From a virus, in IMG/VR virus record IMGVR_UViG_3300045988_119396: DNA of 64,000 nucleotides; one strand, 5' to 3'. The position numbers and the translations under genes are program-made. The notes beneath the pieces are model-generated. The model ran no database searches, was not told the DNA's origin, and worked only from the letters and a program-made list of their open reading frames with translations. Position 1 is the first letter of the stretch; each line of letters starts with the position of its first letter. Positions 1-9,805 of this stretch are shown in pieces.

Positions 1-195
1 AAACGCTGGAGTTTGAAAGAAACAGAATACATTGATGATTACAGTATCAAGCTATTTGAAAAGCGTATCATTGGTACGGTAGGTTTCTTCAGAAATTTAG
101 GTGGTACTGAAATTGTATCACGTACTGAATACATGGTGACGTCAATCAGTCCAGACAGTACCAAGAAAGTTGTAAGAAAATTATTATTGTATTAA
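1..195 (+). CDS. hypothetical protein, C-terminal fragment (ORF open to window start)
   Basis: Frame is open from nt 1; track ORF 13..195. Confidence 0.4.
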   Translation, partial: KRWSLKETEYIDDYSIKLFEKRIIGTVGFFRNLGGTEIVSRTEYMVTSISPDSTKKVVRKLLLY

Positions 196-213
196 AAGTC
201 TAGAGAAGAACTG

Positions 214-269
214 AGGGTAGGTTAGTACATAGAAAAAATTCTATCAAGGTGCAAATCCTTGCTATCCTA
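214..269 (+). ncRNA. tRNA-like minihelix: 7-bp acceptor-like stem (AGGGTAG/CTATCCT), internal hairpin, T-arm CAAGG-TGCAAAT-CCTTG
   Basis: T-loop-like GGTGCAAATCC; intergenic. Followed by palindrome CACTAGAttttTCTAGTG (273-290) and AAAAAATAAA before an RBS. Confidence 0.3.
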
Positions 270-319
270 TATCACTAGATTTTTCTAGTGAAAAAATAAA
301 CATTGTGGAGGTAGTCAAA

Positions 320-565
320 ATGATAGACTATATGGAATTATCACTAGATGAAAGAAGAAACTTATACAATGAATGGTGTAAAAATAAAAATAGATTGCTA
401 TTCATGGATGAGTTCGCATACCGTGATTTTAAAAAAGAATTAGACAACGACAACGATGTGTGGGTTATATTTTGTGACGGTTTAGTGCTTGAAATAGTGC
501 CAATGGATAAACTAGATGAAACACTAGAGGATTTAGTGGAATGTGGATATGAATTAGAGGACTAA
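320..565 (+). CDS. hypothetical small acidic protein
   Basis: ATG at 320 lies 6 nt after GGAGGT; track ORF 305..565. Confidence 0.5.
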   Translation: MIDYMELSLDERRNLYNEWCKNKNRLLFMDEFAYRDFKKELDNDNDVWVIFCDGLVLEIVPMDKLDETLEDLVECGYELED

Positions 566-591
566 AAATAAATTTTAGGAGGTACATTACT

Positions 592-858
592 ATGTACGAT
601 AACAAAATAATTTTAGAGGCTACAATTTCATATACAGTTGATAGTGACCATCCAGACTGGCAATACATGAATGAAAAACAACAAAACGGTATAAATAAAT
701 TTAGTGATGATTACTATTTTGACAAGAATTACTATTCAATCAGTGATAAAGATTACATGATTGAACATGCTAAACATGATTTACTGTTGGTTGCTGGTGG
801 TGGATACAATTACGACCACGTACACAATGCAAAATTTAAATTCAAGTTTTATGATTAA
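592..858 (+). CDS. hypothetical protein
   Basis: RBS AGGAGGT upstream; track ORF. Confidence 0.45.
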   Translation: MYDNKIILEATISYTVDSDHPDWQYMNEKQQNGINKFSDDYYFDKNYYSISDKDYMIEHAKHDLLLVAGGGYNYDHVHNAKFKFKFYD

Positions 859-918
859 AAGAATTTTTAGGTAGTAATTTCAGTCAAGAAAAGAATTTAA
901 AGAATAGAGGTAATTAAA

Positions 919-1302
919 ATGAATGCACAAAAAGAAAAATTATATCTATCAAAGCCAGTATATGAAGTAAGAGTACGTTATAAAGGCGGTGGATGGTTTA
1001 GTGGTGATGAATTTAAAAGTGAAAGTTTAGATATAGCAAAAAAGACAGGGCTTGAAAATTATACACGTTGTGGAGCTTGTAACGGTGGATACCTTAAAAT
1101 AGAAAAAATTCAATATATCAACGGTTTAAAATCACTACCAATAAAAGAATTATTAGAATTTGTTGGTAGTGAAAAAGAATTTTTACTCAACAATAAAGTA
1201 ACTATTGAGGAGTATAAAGAAAAATTAGTAGATGACAATAGATTTAGCTACAGGGTAGCACCATCTTTTATAGAAATTGAAAAGAAACATACAAAAAAAT
1301 AA
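919..1302 (+). CDS. hypothetical protein
   Basis: RBS AGAGGTAAT; track ORF. Confidence 0.5.
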   Translation: MNAQKEKLYLSKPVYEVRVRYKGGGWFSGDEFKSESLDIAKKTGLENYTRCGACNGGYLKIEKIQYINGLKSLPIKELLEFVGSEKEFLLNNKVTIEEYKEKLVDDNRFSYRVAPSFIEIEKKHTKK

Positions 1303-1321
1303 ATTTAGTGAGGTAAATATA

Positions 1322-1594
1322 ATGAATAAAAAGAATTTAGCAAAAAAATATTTAATGGATAACGTTGTAATTGACCTTGATTATATTGATGAAATTAAAT
1401 CACAACCTAGAGAACAAATTATATACATGGGTGGGGTCAAACACTGGTATATCAAAACAAAAACTAATTATGAAATTTTACAGAATGCAATCAACTATGC
1501 AAACTATAAAAATAAAATTAGTGATAGAAACTGGCGAACTGTAATTGCATTGTGGCAAGAAGTAGTTTATAGCAAATTAGAAAAGTTAGTGTAA
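1322..1594 (+). CDS. hypothetical protein
   Basis: ATG after GTGAGGTAAAT; inner start of track ORF 1277..1594. Confidence 0.45.
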   Translation: MNKKNLAKKYLMDNVVIDLDYIDEIKSQPREQIIYMGGVKHWYIKTKTNYEILQNAINYANYKNKISDRNWRTVIALWQEVVYSKLEKLV

Positions 1595-1621
1595 AAAAGA
1601 ATTTTTTAGGAGGACTTTATC

Positions 1622-1828
1622 ATGAAAAATAAAATTGAATATGTAGGGTTTACTTATGATATAGATAACATTGATGTTGAATTTATCGTTAATGGTATAA
1701 AAAAGAATTTATACATTAGTGGTAAAGGTGTAGAAGAAATTTTAGACTTTATGGATTATCAAGAAAACGAAGATGTAGATATGATATTAGACAGTTATTT
1801 TGAAACATATAAGCAAGAAATATTTTAA
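1622..1828 (+). CDS. hypothetical protein
   Basis: RBS AGGAGGA; track ORF. Confidence 0.45.
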   Translation: MKNKIEYVGFTYDIDNIDVEFIVNGIKKNLYISGKGVEEILDFMDYQENEDVDMILDSYFETYKQEIF

Positions 1829-1860
1829 CAAAAAAGAATTAATCAAGGGTGGTAATTGGG

Positions 1861-2073
1861 ATGAAAGTAACTTTAAAAAGAAATAATAGCTATGTAGCAA
1901 ACTATGAAGATATGTATTTTAGAGATTGCAAAGTGTTGGTATATAACACTTTATACGACAATATAGACAGTATGGAGGGTGCGAACGAAGAATTAAATTC
2001 AATTAGAAGTTGGGTTGACTTGGTAGACTTTGCAAACTCTCACGGTGGCAAAATGTTTATTGATGAAGATTAA
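1861..2073 (+). CDS. hypothetical protein
   Basis: ATG after GGGTGGTAATTGGG. Confidence 0.45.
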   Translation: MKVTLKRNNSYVANYEDMYFRDCKVLVYNTLYDNIDSMEGANEELNSIRSWVDLVDFANSHGGKMFIDED

Positions 2074-2107
2074 GCTAGAAAAGAATTTTTAAAGGTGGTA
2101 ATTAATC

Positions 2108-2494
2108 ATGAAAAAAATTAACGGTTTAAAAGTAGCTAATGTAATAACAATAATAGGTGTAGTTTGCTTAGGTGTATCTAATCATGAATACATTAAACAA
2201 AATAAGCAACTGAAAAAAGAAAATTTACACCAAGAAAAAGTAATTAAAAAGCAACGTCAAGAATTGACTTATAACGTCAAGAATTTAGACTTGCAAAGTG
2301 GCAGCATACTCAAAACAAGTAAATTTACGCTTGAATACTATGATGATAATAAAAAAGATTTTCACATGGTTATCTATCCTAACGATAAGAATTTAAGAGT
2401 AGTTAGTGAACAAGGTCAAGGTGCAAAGGGTGTAGAAATTGAAAGTGTACCTAGTGAATTTAAAGGCACTACTACAATAATTCAAGAAAAATAA
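2108..2494 (+). CDS. hypothetical protein with N-terminal hydrophobic segment
   Basis: RBS AAGGTGGTAATTAATC; TM-like residues 10-25. Confidence 0.5.
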   Translation: MKKINGLKVANVITIIGVVCLGVSNHEYIKQNKQLKKENLHQEKVIKKQRQELTYNVKNLDLQSGSILKTSKFTLEYYDDNKKDFHMVIYPNDKNLRVVSEQGQGAKGVEIESVPSEFKGTTTIIQEK

Positions 2495-2503
2495 ATTTTA
2501 GTG

Positions 2504-2563
2504 TTGACAAGGAAAAATAAAGAAGTTATAATTCAGTTGTCAAGTTAAGAGTACAGAGAATAA
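2504..2563 (+). promoter_or_regulatory. sigma-A-type promoter (TTGACA-17-TATAAT) with TTGACAA/TTGTCAA inverted repeat, followed by conserved leader GTTAAGAGTACAGAGAATAA
   Basis: -35 at 2504-2509; -10 at 2527-2532; IR at 2504-2510 and 2537-2543; leader motif at 2544-2563 (copy 1 of 6). Confidence 0.6.
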
Positions 2564-2605
2564 CTTGATAGCAAAAAATAAAATAATTTGAAAGAGGTAA
2601 TTATT

Positions 2606-3250
2606 ATGACAAACGAAGAAATTTTTGAAATTATGGGTGATGTGGTTAATGAATGGGGTTTATATATCGAAGATATAAATATATATACCAATGACCTAGA
2701 GGCTACTATTGTAGGTCAATATGATAGTAGAATTTACTACACTTACAACGATATAGATGAATTAGAAGGTAAGTCAGAAAAAGAAATTTTTGCAAGTTTA
2801 GAAAGTCAACTTATGGAAACACTAGAAGATTTTGATGCCGAAGAAGAGTTTGAAAACCTAGACATGAATGACGTAAGCATTTTAGAAAACATGAAACTTG
2901 ACGAAAAAGATTTTAAAGAAACCGTGTGGATGTATGAACAGAAACAGAAAGGTAAAGAAGTGTCAAGTTTTGAAATAGCTTTGACACATGAATTGCAAAA
3001 ACTAGGTCAATTAATGAATGATGAAGTTTATCCTGGTATGGTAGCTAGTTACGCTGTGGATATTTCAAGAGTTAGATGGTCAAATGAAATTTATGAGTAC
3101 ATGAAAGAAAAAAATATTGATATGACAAATGTAGATTATTATGACGTTAATTTCTTTAGCATTGTAAAAAGAGATAGTTTAATAACTGAGTTGTGGACTC
3201 AAGGCAAGAAAGATGAGGCAGTAAAACAATTTCAAAAACACGTATTTTAA
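2606..3250 (+). CDS. hypothetical acidic protein
   Basis: ATG after AGAGGTAATTATT. Confidence 0.5.
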   Translation: MTNEEIFEIMGDVVNEWGLYIEDINIYTNDLEATIVGQYDSRIYYTYNDIDELEGKSEKEIFASLESQLMETLEDFDAEEEFENLDMNDVSILENMKLDEKDFKETVWMYEQKQKGKEVSSFEIALTHELQKLGQLMNDEVYPGMVASYAVDISRVRWSNEIYEYMKEKNIDMTNVDYYDVNFFSIVKRDSLITELWTQGKKDEAVKQFQKHVF

Positions 3251-3288
3251 AGAAATATATATATTTAGAGTCTAGAGAAGAAATAAAA

Positions 3289-3346
3289 AAGGTATCTAGT
3301 CGGTAGAAAGTTTACAACTTGTAAGGTTCGAATCCTTACTACCTTA
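3289..3346 (+). ncRNA. tRNA-like minihelix: acceptor-like stem, AAGTTtacAACTT hairpin, T-arm TAAGG-TTCGAAT-CCTTA
   Basis: Canonical T-loop GGTTCGAATCC. Preceded by TCTAGAGAAGAA as in element 214-269. Followed by palindrome ATCCTAATTAGGAT and AGAAAAATAATTTT. Confidence 0.3.
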
Positions 3347-3395
3347 TATATCCTAATTAGGATAGAAAAATAATTTTATATAGGAGGTATCTATC

Positions 3396-4022
3396 ATGAA
3401 AAAGTTTATAGATACAAACAAAAAAGAATTTTTAGTAAGTGAGAATTTATATCACGTTGACAACTACATTGATGAGTTGAAAAGCAATGGTATTCATGTA
3501 GTAAGTAATGTAGATATTCTTGATTATACAGAGGCTTTAGAAGATATTACTGAGGCTTTTCTTGATATAGTTGATGATTTAGAAGAAGGAAATAATTATT
3601 TCAGACTACCAACTCAAGAAGAATTAATACAAAAGTGGGTAGATAGTGGGTGGAAAGATTTAAACGAGCCATTCGACAAAGAGTTAGCAACTAGCTTTTA
3701 TTATAGTGATTGCATACGTGACGCTTTGAGTGAAGAGCCTTGCGAGTTTCTAAGTTGGTTAGATAGTGAAAGTAGATTTTTCACTTATGAAACAGTAAGT
3801 GAAGGTATGGATTTCTATGACTTAATAGAATATCATCCACTAACCAATGTAGAAAGCGATATGTTGCTAACTTATGATGATGAATTAAGAAAAAATTTAT
3901 TTGATGATTGGTTTTTTGTAGAAGATAAAGAAGGCAACCAAGAAGAATTTAGCTTAGAAAGTTTTCAATCATTAAACATGTATATGTTAAAAAACTACAA
4001 TGCGTTAGAAGTAACTAAGTAA
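3396..4022 (+). CDS. hypothetical acidic protein
   Basis: RBS TAGGAGGT; track ORF. Confidence 0.5.
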   Translation: MKKFIDTNKKEFLVSENLYHVDNYIDELKSNGIHVVSNVDILDYTEALEDITEAFLDIVDDLEEGNNYFRLPTQEELIQKWVDSGWKDLNEPFDKELATSFYYSDCIRDALSEEPCEFLSWLDSESRFFTYETVSEGMDFYDLIEYHPLTNVESDMLLTYDDELRKNLFDDWFFVEDKEGNQEEFSLESFQSLNMYMLKNYNALEVTK

Positions 4023-4084
4023 AGAAAATTTTCTAAGAATTTCAGTAACAAAAAATAATTCAAATTAAAAGGGTGGTAATCAAT

Positions 4085-4282
4085 ATGTACGGACAAGAAT
4101 TTTACGGTGGTTTATTTATGATGAGTTTTGTTGCCTTGGTAATAATTTTGATGGGTAGCTATCATGCTGTTTGTTGGTTGTATAAAAGAAAAAGATTTAT
4201 TTTCAAGCTAATGTTATTCATACCATATACAATTTTGACTTTATTGTTGGTTGGTATCAAAGCATTAAACAATAGAATATAA
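4085..4282 (+). CDS. small membrane protein
   Basis: ATG after GGGTGGTAATCAAT; two hydrophobic helices. Confidence 0.45.
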   Translation: MYGQEFYGGLFMMSFVALVIILMGSYHAVCWLYKRKRFIFKLMLFIPYTILTLLLVGIKALNNRI

Positions 4283-4311
4283 AAAAATAATTATTAAAGG
4301 TGGTAATCAAA

Positions 4312-5139
4312 ATGACAAAAGAATTAGTAGAAACAGTAGTAGTAAAAGTAAATGCAAAAGATTTAGTTAGAAGTTATAAAGAAATTTTAGTACATGTTCA
4401 AAAGAAAGACTTTAGACCAATACTAGCAACAGTTAATCATGTAGTAGAAAACAATAAATTAACTTTAGTTGCTACTGATACACATTCACTAGGCAAGTTC
4501 ACTTTAGATTGTGAAAGTGACAGTGATGTTGAGTTTGCAGTACCTAGAAAAGTAATTCAAGCATTATCTAAGCTAAAAAATAAAGAATTAGTTAATGAAG
4601 AAATTATCCTTGAATTTTCTGATGACAAAATCAATTACATTGTGAATGGTAAGGAATTTATTAGCTCAATGACAGAAAGTAATTATCCAAGTGTTGAAAG
4701 AATTTTACCAGTAGTAAACGAAGATAGAAATATTACGTTCAATATTCGTGAATTAAAAGAATTTATCAAACATATTAAAGAAACTGGCTACCACAGAAAA
4801 GAGTGGAGCAATAAAACAATTCAATCAAATATTAAATTCATCAAAGGTCAATTCGTATTTAGTTATGAATACGAAGATGAAGAAGGTAAGGTATTCTACA
4901 AAAAAGAAAATATTAATTGCAATGTAACTAAGGGGTTCACTGATGATTATGATATTAATCTCAATATCTATGAATTAGAAAGACATGTAAATAAATTCTT
5001 AGTTGGTAACAAAACAATTACATTAGCTTTTGTTGAAAAAGAATTTATGAATAGTCAAAACGTAAGACCAATTCAAGTAACATACAACGGTATGAATAAT
5101 TACATTGGTGTGTTAGCACCAATGCGAGCATTTAAATAG
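4312..5139 (+). CDS. DNA polymerase sliding clamp (beta-clamp-like)
   Basis: N-terminal RPILATVNHVV-TLVATDTHSL and NYPSVERILP resemble DnaN motifs. Start placed at the inner ATG (4312) after RBS GGTGGTAATCAAA. Confidence 0.5.
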   Translation: MTKELVETVVVKVNAKDLVRSYKEILVHVQKKDFRPILATVNHVVENNKLTLVATDTHSLGKFTLDCESDSDVEFAVPRKVIQALSKLKNKELVNEEIILEFSDDKINYIVNGKEFISSMTESNYPSVERILPVVNEDRNITFNIRELKEFIKHIKETGYHRKEWSNKTIQSNIKFIKGQFVFSYEYEDEEGKVFYKKENINCNVTKGFTDDYDINLNIYELERHVNKFLVGNKTITLAFVEKEFMNSQNVRPIQVTYNGMNNYIGVLAPMRAFK

Positions 5140-5211
5140 TAGAAAAATAAAAGAAAAATTAGTTAGAAAATCAATAACAAAAATAATTTAAAAATTAAAG
5201 GGTGGTTAATT

Positions 5212-5601
5212 ATGATGGAAAATAACTTATTTGTAGCACCAATGTTAGGCTGTGGCACTTTAGACTTAAATATCTTTTTTGAAAAATTAGACAATTACGA
5301 AGATACAGTGTTTTTGCATGATGAAGAATTTTCATATCAAAAATTAATAGAAGAAACAAAATTTAGGGCTGGTGATGACTGGAGTTTTAATGACCTAATG
5401 GAAACTTTAGACTACATGGCTGTTGATAGTGCATTAGGTCAAGTAACAAAATCAGAAAAATTTAATGAGTTTGATGACCTAGTACGTGAAAGTATAAACG
5501 GTTGGTATAACTACGCAGATAATAATTTATATTTTGACAATGAAGAAGAATTAGAAAAATTTGATGAATGGAAAGAATTTTCAGAATTATTAGATTTATA
5601 A
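5212..5601 (+). CDS. hypothetical acidic protein
   Basis: RBS GGGTGGTTAATT. Confidence 0.45.
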   Translation: MMENNLFVAPMLGCGTLDLNIFFEKLDNYEDTVFLHDEEFSYQKLIEETKFRAGDDWSFNDLMETLDYMAVDSALGQVTKSEKFNEFDDLVRESINGWYNYADNNLYFDNEEELEKFDEWKEFSELLDL

Positions 5602-5614
5602 AGGGTGGTTAATT

Positions 5615-5854
5615 ATGAAAGTAAGAAATTTTAAAGAATTAAATAATGAATATCCAATGGTTGAGGAATTGGTAGTGTATAAACCAACTTTTAGGAAACG
5701 TGTTGATATTGTTGTAAATCAAGAAATAACTTTAGCTTTAGCAAGTAATATTGTTGCTTATGTAATACCAAGAAGTCTAAACAATAGAGTGAGAAAAGTT
5801 TGGGATATGGATTATATAGACAATCAGACAATCATTACAGTTGATTATGAATAA
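5615..5854 (+). CDS. hypothetical protein
   Basis: RBS GGGTGGTTAATT. Confidence 0.4.
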   Translation: MKVRNFKELNNEYPMVEELVVYKPTFRKRVDIVVNQEITLALASNIVAYVIPRSLNNRVRKVWDMDYIDNQTIITVDYE

Positions 5855-5883
5855 AGATTAAGAATTAAAAGGTGGTAATTGAA

Positions 5884-6123
5884 ATGAAAGAAAGAAAATT
5901 TAATGTGTACGTGAAAAATAGATTAGTGGGTCAAATAACATATGACAACTGGGTTTACTTTGATGATTATCGTACCAATGAATATGAAATTGATCTAGAT
6001 ATAAAAGATTTAGATGAGGCAATGGAAACTTTAATAGACTACTACATTAAAGATATACCTTGCAATTATGAAGATGTTGGTTTTGTTGAGTTAGTTAATA
6101 AAGAAAATTTAGTTGAAATTTAG
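5884..6123 (+). CDS. hypothetical protein
   Basis: ATG after GGTGGTAATTGAA. Confidence 0.4.
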   Translation: MKERKFNVYVKNRLVGQITYDNWVYFDDYRTNEYEIDLDIKDLDEAMETLIDYYIKDIPCNYEDVGFVELVNKENLVEI

Positions 6124-6170
6124 TGTTCGGATAAAATAACGATTTTATAAACGTTATAAACGTTGTTATG

Positions 6171-6238
6171 TAGGGTAATTGGTATAATACAATAAAATAA
6201 TTTATTGCATTTTAAGGTTCGATTCCTTTTTATCCTAT
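6171..6238 (+). ncRNA. tRNA-like element: 7-bp acceptor-like stem (TAGGGTA/TATCCTA), CAATAAAataaTTTATTG hairpin, T-arm AAGG-TTCGATT-CCTT. Overlaps a TGGTATAAT -10-like box
   Basis: Third member of the T-arm element family. Followed by palindrome AGTTTGAAacacaTTCAAACT and AGAAAAATAATTTTAGGAG. Confidence 0.3.
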
Positions 6239-6287
6239 CAGTTTGAAACACAATTCAAACTAGAAAAATAATTTTAGGAGTGATTAT

Positions 6288-6884
6288 ATGCAAGCTATAC
6301 GATATGGTGAAGCCTTGAATTATCTGTTTGAGTTTTGCTTGTCTACTGGTAAAGAATTTCCGAAAGACTGGCGAAGGATAGACAATAGATTTTTCAATGG
6401 CATAAAGGATAACAAATTGAAAGATGAAGTGAAGATGTGTGTTGAGGTTATAAGCAACCATTCAATTAATAAGAATGGAAAAATTATACCTAAATCAAAA
6501 CGTGAAAGAAAAATTAATAGAGTGTTTAGACTGCAAAAAATAATCGAGCATGATATTAACTTTCATTACGGTAGACATACAAAAAGTATTTTAGAAAGAG
6601 AAGGATTACGTTTGAGCAACATGTACTCGGCATTAGGTAATCATGATGATTATATATCACAAAGAGAAAACGGTAAAAGAATTTTCTTGATTGATAGAGA
6701 AATGATTATCCACAAAACATATGATGATGTACACGTTGCTAGTAAAGAATACGGTGTCCAACCTTACAATGTTTACGATTGGTGCAATCGAGGTGCTTAT
6801 CGTTTTGATGGAAAAAGAATGATTAAAGCACATGTGTACAGTAATCTAGTTTGCAAAAATAAAGAATTTCATTATCAATTTTAG
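6288..6884 (+). CDS. putative DNA-binding or homing-endonuclease-like protein
   Basis: C-terminal VASKEYGVQPYNVYDWCNRGAYRFDGKRM resembles the HTH tail found at the C-terminus of phage homing endonucleases. Confidence 0.4.
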   Translation: MQAIRYGEALNYLFEFCLSTGKEFPKDWRRIDNRFFNGIKDNKLKDEVKMCVEVISNHSINKNGKIIPKSKRERKINRVFRLQKIIEHDINFHYGRHTKSILEREGLRLSNMYSALGNHDDYISQRENGKRIFLIDREMIIHKTYDDVHVASKEYGVQPYNVYDWCNRGAYRFDGKRMIKAHVYSNLVCKNKEFHYQF

Positions 6885-6923
6885 GAAACAAAAACAACTT
6901 GAATTTGAAAGGGTGTCTTAATT

Positions 6924-7202
6924 ATGGAAAACAGAGAAGAATTAGCAACAAAATTATTAAACGTATCACTAAAAGCAATCAACGACAAAGATTTAAACCT
7001 AGAAGAAAAGAGTGTTGTATACATTCTGGTAAACAAAATCTTAACTATTGGATATGAAAATGCAATGGGTGAACTACTACATGAAGAAAAATTTTATGAA
7101 GGCTTCGGCTTTACATACAACTATCTAACGTTAGTAACTAAGTTTTTGATGAGTAAATACTTTAATGAAATTCGTGAAATTTTAGATGGTGGTGAAAAAT
7201 AA
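6924..7202 (+). CDS. hypothetical protein
   Basis: RBS AAAGGGTG; track ORF. Confidence 0.4.
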   Translation: MENREELATKLLNVSLKAINDKDLNLEEKSVVYILVNKILTIGYENAMGELLHEEKFYEGFGFTYNYLTLVTKFLMSKYFNEIREILDGGEK

Positions 7203-7894
7203 TGGAAAAAGAAAAAATTTTGGTAGAAGTCAAACAATTTGAACGTGAGCTACAAATGCAAAACAGGGTGCTTGCAGCTTTAAATACAGTAGATGATGTT
7301 AAGTTAGTTGTTATTGAAAATGAATTATTAGATATGTTCAAAAAGAAATTAAACGTAAAATTAAGGGCTTGGGGTGCAAAAGAAGGTTTGGCAGACAACT
7401 ACATCAATACTGAATGGAAAGATAGACTTTTGGTAATGTCGCTAGACCAGAAAAAAATAAAAGACAGATTAGGTATTGGCAAGAAGAAACGTTTTGACTT
7501 TGACGCTTATAGTTTGGACGAAGTGATGATGATTGTTAAAAAAGAAATTATCCGTCAAGGTATCGAAGATAATCCATCACAAAGTCTGTATTACAAGAAT
7601 TTGAAAGTAGGTTCAGCACCAACTCCACCAGCAATTCAACGTAAATACGGTATGAATTGGAATGATGTACTGGATTACATTGGAATTGAACCAACACCAT
7701 TAAAAACATATGAAGATACAGAAGAAATATTACGTGAATTGAAAGCAGAAATTGAAAGATTGAATATGAAATATCCCTTTAGAAAAAATGAATATGAAGA
7801 AAAAAGAGATAAAGAAAACAGTCCTTCATCAACAACAGCAATAGTTCGTACTGGTAAGGGGTGGAGAGAAATTATTAATGAAATTATGGACTAG
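7202..7894 (+). CDS. hypothetical protein, paralog of 9044..9790
   Basis: Shares EVMMIVKKEIIRQGIEDNP...APTPP...MNWNDVLDYIGIE with the 9044 gene. Confidence 0.5.
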   Translation: MEKEKILVEVKQFERELQMQNRVLAALNTVDDVKLVVIENELLDMFKKKLNVKLRAWGAKEGLADNYINTEWKDRLLVMSLDQKKIKDRLGIGKKKRFDFDAYSLDEVMMIVKKEIIRQGIEDNPSQSLYYKNLKVGSAPTPPAIQRKYGMNWNDVLDYIGIEPTPLKTYEDTEEILRELKAEIERLNMKYPFRKNEYEEKRDKENSPSSTTAIVRTGKGWREIINEIMD

Positions 7895-8065
7895 AAAATA
7901 AATCGAATTTAAAAGGATGTCATCACTTTAAGGAGGTGGTTAAATTGATTGATTTTGCTGTGTAGTTGTAACTACGGAGCTAAAACTATAAACATTTAAA
8001 TATAGTATTCATAATTAATTAATTATAAATAAAAATAAATTTTAAATATACAGGAGGGCATATAT

Positions 8066-8779
8066 ATGTCAAATGAGTTACAAAAATTTAATTTTGAAGG
8101 TCAAGATTTAGCAGTTAAGGAAATTGATGGACAAGTTTATTTTAATGCAGAACAAGCTGCCATTGGGTTAGGCATTACCTCAACTTCAAATGGCTATACC
8201 AACGTAAGATGGTCTAGAATCAACAATTATTTAAATTCTGCCACAAGTGGCAGAAAAATTTCAAAGGGTGATTTCATCACAGAACCACAATTTTATAAGC
8301 TCGCAATCAAGGCGAATAATCCAGTTGCAGAAAAATTTCAAGATTGGGTAACTGGTGAAGTTTTACCATCAATTCGTAAACATGGTGCTTACATGACAGA
8401 AGAAACTGTGGAAGAAATTTTAACTAATCCAGATACAATTATTAAATTAGCTACACAGTTAAAAGAAGAAAGATTAGCACATCAAAAGACAAAAGAAGAA
8501 AAATTAATTGTTGAACAACAACTAAGTGAAGCCAAACCAAAAGTTAGTTACTACGACATTATTTTACAAAATCCATCGCTTGTATCAATCACACAAATTG
8601 CTAAGGATTATGGTATGAGTGGTAAAGGTATGAACCAGAAGTTAAAAGAATTAAAAATCCAATACAAGCAAAGCGGAACATGGTTCTTATATTCTAAATA
8701 CCAAGATAAAGGTTGGACTTCATCAGAAACAAAAATTATTCCAACTAGCTATGGTGACAAGGTAACAATGTCCACTTAG
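8066..8779 (+). CDS. phage antirepressor (Bro-N N-terminal domain plus KilA-C/ORF6C-like C-terminal domain)
   Basis: FNFEGQDLAVKEIDGQVYFNAEQAAIGLGIT is Bro-N-like. C-terminal IIKLATQLKEE...ITQIAKDYGMSGKGMNQKLKEL is KilA-C-like. Confidence 0.65.
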   Translation: MSNELQKFNFEGQDLAVKEIDGQVYFNAEQAAIGLGITSTSNGYTNVRWSRINNYLNSATSGRKISKGDFITEPQFYKLAIKANNPVAEKFQDWVTGEVLPSIRKHGAYMTEETVEEILTNPDTIIKLATQLKEERLAHQKTKEEKLIVEQQLSEAKPKVSYYDIILQNPSLVSITQIAKDYGMSGKGMNQKLKELKIQYKQSGTWFLYSKYQDKGWTSSETKIIPTSYGDKVTMST

Positions 8780-8942
8780 TGGACACAAAAAGGTCGTTTG
8801 GCGTTGTATGACATTTTAAAAGAAAAAGGTATCTTACCTATGATTGAAAGAAACAATCAAGATTAAGATACCAAAATAAAAATAATTTTGAAAAATTATC
8901 TTTAGACCAACACCTAAAGATTAACACAAAAAATTATTTTTT

Positions 8943-8961
8943 CCCAGTGTTCTGGGTTTTT
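8943..8961 (+). terminator. rho-independent terminator CCCAGtgttCTGGG plus TTTTT
   Basis: Stem-loop then T-run. Confidence 0.5.
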
Positions 8962-9043
8962 AAATATTCCCTAGAAATAGGGGGTATCTAAAAGTTCAGA
9001 ACAATGAGCTTTAAAAATAAACAAAAGAAAGTAGGAATTAATC

Positions 9044-9790
9044 ATGGAAAAATTTGAATACAAGGATTTAGAACATATGAAAGAAGTTGTTAGAAACGAA
9101 ATTATACGATTGGGCATTCAAGATAACCCAAAGGTGCAATCTTACAACGATGGGTACATTCGTGGCAAAGCACCGAGTCCAAGTTTTATCTTTTCAAAAT
9201 CTAAGATGACATGGATTGAATTTATAGAAGAAATCGGTTTTAAGTCAATCTCACGAAAAGAAAGTAGTGAAACAGGTAAACGTAATTTAGGTAAGAAGTA
9301 TGCAAAAGTAGGTAAACAAGCATGGAAAAGTGATAGCTTTAGAAAAAGAATTATGGACGAAGCGGTAACAGCTATGCACGAAGGTGGGTACGGTATGCAA
9401 AATGAATTGCACAAAAAATTTAAGAATGATATTGGCATTGGTTTTGGAACATTCTTAAATCATGATTTTAATTACGGTGATTTCATTCATGCTTACGTGG
9501 AAAAATATGGTGAACTACCACATGGTGTGAGAAGTGTTTGGAAATACGCTACAGATAAAGAATTAATTGATGGCATGGAAAACTTATTTAAGAAATATGA
9601 ATGTACTAGCTTCTGGGACTACATCAGAAAAAATCACGACTCACTTGCACCAGACCCAAAGTTATTGATTAGAAGATTGGGTAAAAAGAATGTTTATGTA
9701 TTAGCAAATGGCTTTGCAGAACAATATGGAAAATTTAGCAAAACTAAAAGTATTAATAAAAATAAAAATATGGGTAAGAGATGGGCATAA
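9044..9790 (+). CDS. hypothetical protein, paralog of 7202..7894
   Basis: Shared N-terminal motif EVVRNEIIRLGIQDNP...APSPSFIFSKSKMTWIEFIEEIG. Confidence 0.5.
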   Translation: MEKFEYKDLEHMKEVVRNEIIRLGIQDNPKVQSYNDGYIRGKAPSPSFIFSKSKMTWIEFIEEIGFKSISRKESSETGKRNLGKKYAKVGKQAWKSDSFRKRIMDEAVTAMHEGGYGMQNELHKKFKNDIGIGFGTFLNHDFNYGDFIHAYVEKYGELPHGVRSVWKYATDKELIDGMENLFKKYECTSFWDYIRKNHDSLAPDPKLLIRRLGKKNVYVLANGFAEQYGKFSKTKSINKNKNMGKRWA

Positions 9791-9805
9791 CAAGGAGGAA
9801 TTAAC

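Noticed and set aside
8771-8787. Perfect palindrome GTCCACTtAGTGGAC overlapping the stop of the antirepressor gene
   Set aside because: No T-run or repeat partner. It could be a protein-binding site but there is no further support.
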